DNA of 64,000 nt from an uncultured Solirubrobacterales bacterium (GTDB lineage: Bacteria; Actinomycetota; Thermoleophilia; Solirubrobacterales; 70-9). Position 1 is the first letter of the stretch. Each line of letters starts with the position of its first letter. Below are positions 53,190 to 61,025 of the stretch, piece by piece. The notes under the pieces were generated by a model. It searched no databases. It was not told the DNA's origin and saw only the letters and a program-made list of their open reading frames with translations. The translations under genes and the position numbers were made by a program. The stretch covers positions 1,352,137-1,416,136 of the forward strand of contig OY969913.1 of NCBI GenBank assembly GCA_963704515.1, read 5' to 3'.

Positions 53190-54753
53190 GGCCGGCGCCA
53201 CCTCGGCGCCGGCCCAGGCCACGGAGGAGGTGCTGGTCCTCGACTTCGGGGGGCAGTACTCCCAGCTCATCGCGCGGCGGATTCGCGAATGCGGTGTTTT
53301 CGCCGAGCTATTGCCCGTGAGCACACCGGTTGCGGTTATTCGAGACAGAGCTCCTAAGGCCCTAGTGCTTTCGGGTGGCCCCGCCTCGGTGTATGAGGAC
53401 GGAGCCCCGTCTTTCCCCACGGCGCTGTTGGACCTCGGGATTCCGGTGCTGGGGATCTGTTACGGGATGCAGGCGATGGTTCAGGCACTGGGGGGCAGGG
53501 TCGAGGGGGCCGAGGCGGGGGAGTTTGGGCGGACCGACCTTGTCCTGCGGGGCGGCGGCGGCAAGCTGCTCGGTGGGCTGCCGGAGGAGCAGCATTGCTG
53601 GATGAGCCACCGCGACGCGGTGTTCGAGCCGCCGGAGGGGTTCACCGCATTGGCGTCCAGCCCCGGTTCGCCGGTTGCGGCCTGCGAGTTCCCGGAGCGG
53701 GGCCTCTACGGCATCCAGTTCCACCCCGAGGTCGTCCACACGCCCTACGGGACCGAGATCCTCACCCGCTTCCTGCGCGACGTCGCCGGCTGCGAGCAGC
53801 AGTGGTCGCCGCAATCGGTAATCGAAGAACAGGTCGCGAAGATCCGCGCTCAGGTTGGGGACGGCCGGGTGATCTGCGGCCTCTCCGGCGGGGTCGACTC
53901 CTCGGTCGCGGCGCTGCTCGTCCACAGGGCGATCGGCGAGCAGCTGACCTGCGTCTTCGTCGACCACGGCCTGATGCGGCTCAACGAGGCGGAGCAGGTG
54001 GTCGCCGCCTTCGAGGGCTTCGGCATCCCGCTGGTCCACGTCGAGGCCGAGCAGCGCTTCCTCGCGCGGCTTGCCGGGGTCGACGAGCCCGAGCGCAAGC
54101 GCAAGATCATCGGCGAGGAGTTCATCCGGGTCTTCGAGGAGGAGGCGGAGAAGCTCGAGGACGCCGCCTACCTGGTGCAGGGCACGCTCTACTCCGACGT
54201 GATCGAGTCGGGAGGCAGCGACAACGCCGCGACGATCAAGTCCCACCACAACGTCGGCGGCCTGCCCGATGACCTCCAGTTCGACCTGGTCGAGCCGCTG
54301 CGGATGCTGTTCAAGGACGAGGTGCGCGCGGTCGGCGCTGAGCTCGGCCTGCCCGAGCGGATGGTCTGGCGCCAGCCCTTCCCGGGCCCCGGCCTGGCGA
54401 TCCGGATCGTCGGCGGCGAGGTCAACCGCGAGCGTCTCGACATCCTGCGCGCCGCCGACGCGCTCCTCCAGGAGGAGATCCGCGCCGCCGACCTCTACCG
54501 CCAACTCTGGCAGTCATTCTGCGTCCTGCCCGTCGTCCGCTCGGTCGGCGTCCAGGGCGACGGCCGCACCTACGCCTACCCGATCGTGATCCGCGCGGTC
54601 ACCTCCGACGACGCGATGACCGCCGACTGGGCCCGCCTCCCCTACGACCTGCTGGAGAAGGTCTCCAACCGGATCATCAACGAGATTCCCGACGTGAACC
54701 GCGTGGCGCTTGACATCTCGTCGAAGCCGCCGGCGACGATCGAGTGGGAGTAG
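53167..54753 (+). CDS. guaA: GMP synthase (glutamine-hydrolysing)
   Basis: [46 protein letters not shown]-terminal PPATIEWE. Confidence 0.95.
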   Translation: MLESPTTEAGATSAPAQATEEVLVLDFGGQYSQLIARRIRECGVFAELLPVSTPVAVIRDRAPKALVLSGGPASVYEDGAPSFPTALLDLGIPVLGICYGMQAMVQALGGRVEGAEAGEFGRTDLVLRGGGGKLLGGLPEEQHCWMSHRDAVFEPPEGFTALASSPGSPVAACEFPERGLYGIQFHPEVVHTPYGTEILTRFLRDVAGCEQQWSPQSVIEEQVAKIRAQVGDGRVICGLSGGVDSSVAALLVHRAIGEQLTCVFVDHGLMRLNEAEQVVAAFEGFGIPLVHVEAEQRFLARLAGVDEPERKRKIIGEEFIRVFEEEAEKLEDAAYLVQGTLYSDVIESGGSDNAATIKSHHNVGGLPDDLQFDLVEPLRMLFKDEVRAVGAELGLPERMVWRQPFPGPGLAIRIVGGEVNRERLDILRAADALLQEEIRAADLYRQLWQSFCVLPVVRSVGVQGDGRTYAYPIVIRAVTSDDAMTADWARLPYDLLEKVSNRIINEIPDVNRVALDISSKPPATIEWE

Positions 54754-54901
54754 GGCTCGAGTCGTGGGGGCCTGGCTGGGCAGGGGTTCCGCTTAACTTT
54801 TTCGGTGTGGCGGGGGTGGGCTGGCGCCCGTTGCACCCGACGAAAAAGTACAAGACGCTCCACCCCTACCCAGTCAGACCTTCGCAGGGTTCCGGCCTTC
54901 C

Positions 54902-55702
54902 ATGACCCTGCCATTCGCTCTTTCTATTGCGATGCTTGGGGTGGTTCAGGCGGGGTTGGTGGCGTTGCCGCGGGCTCCGCCGCTGCCCGCGGGGCTGCGT
55001 GAGTTGCGCAGTCCGTGGTGGGCGGTGATTCCAGCCGGGTCGATTGTCCTCGTGGTGGCGGTGATCGAACTAAGCTCGAATGCGGCGACATGGCTCACCT
55101 ACCTGGCACTGGTTGCGGTGCCGCCGTTGGCGGCTCTGGCGCTGGCGATGCTTGTGCGTGGCGCCCGCGCGAGGTGGGCGTGGGGGGCGGTGCCGTTGTT
55201 TGCGCTTGCTTGGGTGACGCCAAGCTCGCTTGCGGGGGAGGCGGCGGCTACCGCGCTTACGGGGTTGGCTTGCGTGAGCCTTGGGTGGCTGCTCGTCTCG
55301 GCGGTGCCGGCTCGATGGGTGCGGCTTGGGGTCTATGCGATGGCGGTGGTCGACACGATCTACGTCAGCGCCAACATCCTTCAGGGCCCCAACGCCGTTC
55401 TCAATGCGGCAACTCCGGCCGCCGGCCTCCCGGCCCTCCAAACCATCCACTTCGGCTCGGCAGTCATGGGCTTCGGCGACCTCTTCATAGCCGCGGTAGT
55501 CGGCTGCCTCCTGGCGGCCGACGGGCCGATATGTCAAGGATGCCTTGACATATCGGCCCGTCGGCAGCGGATCGCGGCGGCGCTTGTGGTTGCGCTGGCG
55601 CTCGCCTTTGACCTGCTGTTCTTCGCGGTCGACGAGCTGCCGGCGACGGTGCCGGTTGCGGTCGCACTCGCCGTTGTTCAGCGAGGGCGGTCCAGGGCGT
55701 AG
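54902..55702 (+). CDS. polytopic membrane protein with D...GxGD motifs (possible presenilin/SPP-like aspartyl protease)
   Basis: 266 aa with about 8 hydrophobic segments. AMAVVDTIYV (Asp in a TM segment) and VMGFGDLFIAAVV. Palindromic element copy 2 lies in frame in the following loop. Confidence 0.6.
   Translation: MTLPFALSIAMLGVVQAGLVALPRAPPLPAGLRELRSPWWAVIPAGSIVLVVAVIELSSNAATWLTYLALVAVPPLAALALAMLVRGARARWAWGAVPLFALAWVTPSSLAGEAAATALTGLACVSLGWLLVSAVPARWVRLGVYAMAVVDTIYVSANILQGPNAVLNAATPAAGLPALQTIHFGSAVMGFGDLFIAAVVGCLLAADGPICQGCLDISARRQRIAAALVVALALAFDLLFFAVDELPATVPVAVALAVVQRGRSRA
55519..55564. repeat. 46-nt palindromic element, copy 2, inside a coding region
   Basis: Identical to 45551-45596. 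Translated in frame as ...DGPICQGCLDISARR... Confidence 0.9.
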
Positions 55703-55721
55703 CGGTGCGCGCTGACCGCTG

Positions 55722-56816
55722 TTAGCGCTGGACTATCGCTGGTCTGAATGCAGTATCCAGATCGAGGTACTGCTCTGGGTCGACCAGGAGGTCCTGGGCC
55801 AAGCGAACCGCCGATTCGCTGCCAGTTACCACTCGGTGCCAGTCGAACTGAACGTCCTTTTCTGTGCCCGACAGGAGCCGCATCTCCAGCTGTGCCTCGA
55901 AGCTCGCTCGATAGAAAGGATTTCCTATGAGGCTGCCGCATTGCACCATCCTGATCCCCTTCTCGAGCTGCTCTCGGGTTACGGTGCGTCGCAGCGCCCC
56001 GGCCGTCACGTCAGCCAGCTCCTCTGCCTCTGACTTGACTATGTTCTGTGCCACCGCATCGCCGCGCTCACTCGCATGGCAGACGTCAGCTGCGAATCGG
56101 GCAACCTCCTTCTTCACGTTCTCATCGCCCACGCCCAGGTCGCGCAATCTGTGAATCAGCGCCCTGTCGTCGCCGGGACGAACTCCATAGACCTCGCGCA
56201 GACGTTGAAGCAGAACTGATCGATTTCCATCCTCAAGGTCTCGGTAGGCGGCGCGGATCGCACGCAGGCCGATCCAAAACCCACTGCCATAGTCGCAAGC
56301 GACCCACTCATGTCCTCCGGACTGATACAGGACACGATTGGGGCCTCGGACGATGACATTGGACCCGGTGCCGGCGATGATTATTCCATCTGCGCGGAAT
56401 CCCAGCAGGAGGGAGACCGCATCGTTTGCGATCCCGACGGATTTGATGCGCTCCCCCAGAATGTCCGACGCCAGCTCGTTCAGGGCAAGTACATAGCGAT
56501 CACGGGTCCACTCGGCGAATCCCGCGGCGCTGATCCACAGGTGCACGGGCAGGGCGCCTAGGGAGGATTCCTGAACTCGCATCTCGAGCGGTGCAAGGAT
56601 GCTCCTTAGCGTGCTCGGAATCTGGCTCTCCTGGAGTGCTCCAGAGAGAGTCTCGGATACCTCGTAACTGCTTATCTGCGGGGGAGTGACCGTGCCTTCC
56701 CACTCCAAAATCTGCACATTGGTGCGAGTTCCTCCTGAGTCGACTCCGACGAAGATGCCTGGAATTAAGTCATCTGGAGCCAAGATCCCTCCTCCACTGC
56801 GATGCCGGCGCGGCAT
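55722..56816 (-). CDS. BadF/BadG/BcrA/BcrD-type (ASKHA, N-acetylglucosamine-kinase-like) ATPase
   Basis: FVGVDSGGTRT (phosphate 1), IIIAGTGSN (phosphate 2), GGHEWVACDYGSGFWIG. Visibly lower G+C than the flanks. Confidence 0.75.
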   Translation of the reverse strand: MPRRHRSGGGILAPDDLIPGIFVGVDSGGTRTNVQILEWEGTVTPPQISSYEVSETLSGALQESQIPSTLRSILAPLEMRVQESSLGALPVHLWISAAGFAEWTRDRYVLALNELASDILGERIKSVGIANDAVSLLLGFRADGIIIAGTGSNVIVRGPNRVLYQSGGHEWVACDYGSGFWIGLRAIRAAYRDLEDGNRSVLLQRLREVYGVRPGDDRALIHRLRDLGVGDENVKKEVARFAADVCHASERGDAVAQNIVKSEAEELADVTAGALRRTVTREQLEKGIRMVQCGSLIGNPFYRASFEAQLEMRLLSGTEKDVQFDWHRVVTGSESAVRLAQDLLVDPEQYLDLDTAFRPAIVQR

Positions 56817-57205
56817 ATGGACGCGATGACGGTGTCAATTTCTCGAGCCGGGTAATCACACTCGACGAAATGGGCAATCAGCGCACGGCGATCAACGCGA
56901 CCTTCCGGGCTCTGAGTGGCAATTGCCCGTTTGGTCACAAGAGAAGCCAGGTCGTCATTGGCGGATCGGGTTGGCGTAGCTGGCTCGGGTCGTCCCCCGA
57001 GAGTCAGGACAGTCGTCTTCAGCACGCTGATCTGACGCTGCAGATCCTTGTTGGACTGCTTGATGCCCTGCGTTGCACGACGCTCGAACATGAAGCCGGT
57101 GGCGACTCCTGCTGCCAGCGATATGGCCTCTCCTAGTAGGGCGTTCACTTGTGAATCCTCAAAGGCGGTTCGCCGCGGGTCGCAGGTGATACCACACGCG
57201 CACAT
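56765..57205 (-). CDS. hypothetical small protein with one hydrophobic segment (146 aa or shorter)
   Basis: ORF-track ORF in the same low-G+C islet. LLGEAISLAAGVATGFMF helix, then a coiled-coil-like segment. The start is uncertain. Confidence 0.45.
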   Translation of the reverse strand: MCACGITCDPRRTAFEDSQVNALLGEAISLAAGVATGFMFERRATQGIKQSNKDLQRQISVLKTTVLTLGGRPEPATPTRSANDDLASLVTKRAIATQSPEGRVDRRALIAHFVECDYPAREIDTVIASICRAGIAVEEGSWLQMT

Positions 57206-57265
57206 GACGAGGAATGTTCGAGGACTTGCAACTGCGCCGCGAGGGATCGCCGGGCGGCGCTGTGA

Positions 57266-58240
57266 CTAGCCCCAGGGAAGTGGGCCTGCTAGCTGTAGGC
57301 GTCCCACTTCTGCAGGTAGGGCAGCGGGTCGATCGGGCTGCCGCCCTGATACCAGCCGGGGGCGGTCCAGAATCTCGAAGTGGAGGTGGCAGGCGGTGGC
57401 GTCGCCGGTCTCGCCGACGACGCCGATCGGCTGGCCGGTGCGGACCGGTTCTCCCGCCTTCAGCGGAGAGGGTTCGGCGAGGTGTGCGTACATGAAGTCC
57501 ATGCCGGTCCCCTTGCCGTCGATCACGATGTAGTTGCCCGCCGCTGACTGGTAGCCCGAGTACTGGACCGTGCCCCCGCGGGCGGCGACCAGCGGCGTGT
57601 CGCAGGCGGCCATCGTGTCCTGGCCCTCATGGGTGTGGCCGGCACGGGGGGCGCCGAAGCGTCCTGCTCCCATCGCGAATTCGTGCGGGCCGAGGATCGG
57701 GAACTGGTAGCCGTAGAGGGCGAAGCCGAGGCTGAGCGGCTCGCTCGAGGTGGCGGCGCGGGCGGCGCTTCTGGCGCTGGCGCTGGCGCCCTGCGGCTCG
57801 ACCCGGAAGCTGTAGTGGCCGTTGGGCGCCGGCCGGCCGGCGCTCGTCGTCCCGTCCCAGCGGATCGGCACCGTCGTTTCCGGCGCCACGCCGTTGCGGT
57901 AGAAGCTGCGCACGACTTCGCCGGTCGAGCTGACGACATCGACCTGGAGGTCGTTCTGGGCCTGGGTGCTGGAGATCGAGAAGCTGAGGCTCGGGGTGCG
58001 GAAGCCGTAGAAGAAGGACTTGTGGGGCGTTGCCTTGGCTGCGGTCAGGGTCAGCGTGCCGGCGGTCGGCGCTTCGCTGGGCGCGCCGCTGGGGCTGCCG
58101 GCGGGGGGTGGGCCGCCGGCTGCCGTCGGGGCGCCGCCGGTCGTCGCCAGGGCCGAGCCGGTGCCGATCGCCATCAGCGCCAGAACCGCGAATGTGAACG
58201 TCAATCCCGCCAACCAAGGCCGGGGTCTGTCGACCGCCAC
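57266..58240 (-). CDS. secreted M23 (LytM-type) metallopeptidase with FlgD-Ig-like domain; C-terminus frameshifted
   Basis: Signal peptide. HTHEGQD (HxxxD) and ACHLHFEI (HxH). The conserved tail [26 protein letters not shown] is encoded in another frame (57369..57289). Confidence 0.8.
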   Translation of the reverse strand: MAVDRPRPWLAGLTFTFAVLALMAIGTGSALATTGGAPTAAGGPPPAGSPSGAPSEAPTAGTLTLTAAKATPHKSFFYGFRTPSLSFSISSTQAQNDLQVDVVSSTGEVVRSFYRNGVAPETTVPIRWDGTTSAGRPAPNGHYSFRVEPQGASASARSAARAATSSEPLSLGFALYGYQFPILGPHEFAMGAGRFGAPRAGHTHEGQDTMAACDTPLVAARGGTVQYSGYQSAAGNYIVIDGKGTGMDFMYAHLAEPSPLKAGEPVRTGQPIGVVGETGDATACHLHFEILDRPRLVSGRQPDRPAALPAEVGRLQLAGPLPWG

Positions 58241-58465
58241 GTGCCCTCTCTTTCCTTCGCCTGCGGAGTTAGCTGTCGGGCTCGCGCTGAAAGAGATGCG
58301 CTACGACCTGTTCGGCCGATTCGCCCCTGGAACCTGCAACGGCTCCTGCGGTTCCTCCGCTCCCGCCCGGCGGTGCGGCCGGGATTCGGCGTTGTCAGCG
58401 AGGCAGTATAGGCGCGAATCAGGCGGCGTCCACCCCGAGGGCCGCTCGGTGGCTATCATCCCGTG

Positions 58466-58491
58466 GCCGCTGGGCGCTGCCCGCGGCTTTT
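58466..58491 (+). promoter_or_regulatory. terminator-like hairpin plus T-tract in the rplM leader
   Basis: gccgc(t)gggc-gct-gcccgcggc (9 bp, 1 bulge) followed by tttt. It ends 5 nt before the rplM ATG. No Shine-Dalgarno sequence is visible. Confidence 0.45.
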
Positions 58492-58496
58492 CTCTG

Positions 58497-58931
58497 ATGA
58501 AGACCTATGTCGCCACACCCGCCAACCGCCAGCGCGACTGGTACGTCGTCGACGCCGAGGGCCAGACCCTGGGCCGCCTGGCGACCCGAATCGCCGATGC
58601 GCTGCGCGGCAAGCGCAAGCCGGAGTACACGCCCCACATCGACACCGGCGACTTCGTCGTCGTCGTCAACGCCGAGAAGATCCACGTCACCGGCGACAAG
58701 CTGAACCAGAAGCGCTACTGGCGCCACAGCGGCTACCCGGGCGGGATCAAGTCGCGGACCTTGGCCGAGATGCTCGAGCGTCGTCCCGAGGAGGTCATCC
58801 GCAAGGCGGTCAAGGGCATGCTCCCGCGCAACAGGCTGGCGCGCCAGCAGCTGACCAAGCTGAAGGTGTACGCCGGTCCCGACCACCCGCACGAGGCCCA
58901 GCAGCCCAAACCGATGGAGATCCAGACTTGA
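58497..58931 (+). CDS. rplM: 50S ribosomal protein L13
   Basis: [39 protein letters not shown]... Confidence 0.95.
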   Translation: MKTYVATPANRQRDWYVVDAEGQTLGRLATRIADALRGKRKPEYTPHIDTGDFVVVVNAEKIHVTGDKLNQKRYWRHSGYPGGIKSRTLAEMLERRPEEVIRKAVKGMLPRNRLARQQLTKLKVYAGPDHPHEAQQPKPMEIQT

Positions 58932-59668
58932 TCGACGAGCCGCAGGACAACGAGACTTCTGAGACGCAGGACGAGGTAGCCGAGGACCAGGACGCCCAGG
59001 CCGAGACTCCAGTCGCCGAGGAGCCGGTTCAGCCCGAGGAGGAGACCGCCCCCGAGCCCGAGGCGCCCAAGGCCGAGGAGCCGGAGAAGAAGAAGGATGT
59101 GATTCCGGGGGCCGATCTGGAACCGATCGCGGTTGAGCCGGAGGAGCGGCCGCTGAGCGCCGAGGAGCAGGCGCGGCTGGAGGCGGAAGAGGAAGAGCGG
59201 GCGCAGAAAGAGGCTGCCCTGGCTGCCGAGGCCGAGGAGGAGCCGGCCCCCGCGAGCCGTGCCCCGGCCAAGATCGAGGGCGACGCCCGTTACCTCGCCA
59301 CCGGCAAGCGCAAGACCTCGATCGCCCGCGTCACCCTGCTGCCCGGCAGCGGCAAGTTCACGATCAACGACCGCGAGCTGGAAGAGTTCTTTCCCCGCCC
59401 GCTGCACCAGACGATCGCCCGCCAGCCGCTGACGATCACCGGCTACGACGGCAGCGTCGACGTCCGGGTGCGGGTCCACGGCGGCGGCATCAGCGGCCAG
59501 GCCGGGGCGGTCCGCCACGGCATCGCCCGAGCGCTGACCGAGGTTGACGCCGAGCTGCGCGGCGAGCTCAAGCGGCGTGGCTTCCTAACCCGCGACGCGC
59601 GCGCCAAGGAGCGTCGCAAGGCGGGGCTGAAGAAGGCCCGCAAGCGGCCTCAGTTCTCCAAGCGTTAG
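58928..59668 (+). CDS. rpsI: 30S ribosomal protein S9 with long acidic N-terminal extension
   Basis: The C-terminal 130 aa are canonical S9 ([14 protein letters not shown]...[19 protein letters not shown]...[20 protein letters not shown]). The TTG at 58928 overlaps the rplM stop (TTGA). An alternative GTG lies at 59099. Confidence 0.85.
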   Translation: MIDEPQDNETSETQDEVAEDQDAQAETPVAEEPVQPEEETAPEPEAPKAEEPEKKKDVIPGADLEPIAVEPEERPLSAEEQARLEAEEEERAQKEAALAAEAEEEPAPASRAPAKIEGDARYLATGKRKTSIARVTLLPGSGKFTINDRELEEFFPRPLHQTIARQPLTITGYDGSVDVRVRVHGGGISGQAGAVRHGIARALTEVDAELRGELKRRGFLTRDARAKERRKAGLKKARKRPQFSKR

Positions 59669-59678
59669 GAGCTTCAAT

Positions 59679-60992
59679 TTGACCACGGGGCGCAAGCTCT
59701 TCGGAACCGACGGGGTCCGGGGGGCGGCCGGAACCTTCCTCACCGCGGAGTTGGCGACCGCGCTCGGTCGCGCCGCCACGGCGTCACTCGAGGCGCAGCA
59801 CCCGCAGGTGCTGATCGTGCGCGACACGCGCGAGTCGGGACCGATGCTGGAGGCGGCGCTGGCCGCGGGGATCGCTGCCGCGGGCGGTGACGCGCTGCTC
59901 GGCGGCGTGCTGCCGACGCCGGCCGCGGCCGTGCTGGTCAGGCGGCTCGGCCTCGACCTGGCCGCGGTCGTCTCCGCCTCGCACAACCCCTACGGCGACA
60001 ACGGGATCAAGTTCTTCTCGGCGCAGGGGACGAAGCTCGACGACGAGGCCGAGGCGGGGATCGAGGCCCTGATCGACGCCCAGGGGCCGGCGACCGAGCC
60101 CGGCCGGGTGCGCGAGCTGAACGGCGGCCTCGAGGACTACCTGCGGGCGCTTGAGTCGGCCTTCCCGCTCGACCTCAACGGTCGCACGGTGCTGCTTGAC
60201 TGCGCCAACGGCGCCACTTTCCGCGCCGCCCCGGCGATCTTCGAGCGGCTCGGGGCGACGGTGGAGACGATCGGCGCCGAGCCGGACGGGCGCAACATCA
60301 ACGCCGGCTGCGGCTCGACCCACCTCGACCGGATCGCCGCTGAGATCTCCGGGTCGGCGGCGACGGTCGGGTTCGCCTTCGACGGCGACGGCGACCGGGT
60401 GCTGGCAGTCGACGGCGGCGGCCGCAGCCACGACGGCGACGAGCTGATCGCGCTCGCCGCTCGCGGTATGGCGGCCCGCGGCGAGCTCGACGGCGGCGTC
60501 GCGGTCACCGTGATGAGCAACTACGGCTTCCACCGGGCGATGGAGGAGCACGGGATCGAGGTGGCGGTGACCCAGGTCGGCGACCGCTACGTGCTCGACG
60601 AGCTGCGCGAGCGAGGCTGGCGCCTCGGCGGCGAGCAGTCCGGTCACATCATCGACACCCGCTTCGCCGCCACCGGCGACGGGATCGCCGCCGCCCTGGC
60701 GACGATGCGCGAGCTGGGCGATCGCGACCTTGCCGGGGTCGGGCCGATGGAGAAGCTGCCCCAGGTCCTGGTCAACGTCGAGGTCGCCGAGCGCGAGGCG
60801 ATCGCCGGCGCCGAGGCGGTCTGGGCGGCGGTCGAGCGCGAGAACGAGGCGCTCGAGGGCCGCGGCCGCGTGCTGCTGCGTCCCTCCGGGACGGAGCCGC
60901 TCGTCCGGGTGATGGTCGAGGCGCCGAGCGCCGAGGAGGCGGACGCCGTCTGCGAGCGTCTTGTCACACTCGTCCGCAAAGAGCTGACCTGA
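59679..60992 (+). CDS. glmM: phosphoglucosamine mutase
   Basis: KLFGTDGVRG, SASHNPYGDNGIKF (phospho-Ser loop), FDGDGDR, GEQSGH. Confidence 0.95.
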   Translation: MTTGRKLFGTDGVRGAAGTFLTAELATALGRAATASLEAQHPQVLIVRDTRESGPMLEAALAAGIAAAGGDALLGGVLPTPAAAVLVRRLGLDLAAVVSASHNPYGDNGIKFFSAQGTKLDDEAEAGIEALIDAQGPATEPGRVRELNGGLEDYLRALESAFPLDLNGRTVLLDCANGATFRAAPAIFERLGATVETIGAEPDGRNINAGCGSTHLDRIAAEISGSAATVGFAFDGDGDRVLAVDGGGRSHDGDELIALAARGMAARGELDGGVAVTVMSNYGFHRAMEEHGIEVAVTQVGDRYVLDELRERGWRLGGEQSGHIIDTRFAATGDGIAAALATMRELGDRDLAGVGPMEKLPQVLVNVEVAEREAIAGAEAVWAAVERENEALEGRGRVLLRPSGTEPLVRVMVEAPSAEEADAVCERLVTLVRKELT

Positions 60993-61025
60993 GCCGCGCG
61001 GCCTCTACCCTTACTCGCCTCCCTC

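Noticed and set aside
45551-55564. The two palindrome copies as a CRISPR-like or tandem repeat array
   Set aside because: There are only two copies, they are 10 kb apart, there are no spacers of regular length and there are no cas genes.
60993-61025. Possible glmS ribozyme/riboswitch upstream of glmS
   Set aside because: Only 33 nt separate glmM from glmS, far too short for the roughly 170-nt ribozyme. No matching core sequence was seen.
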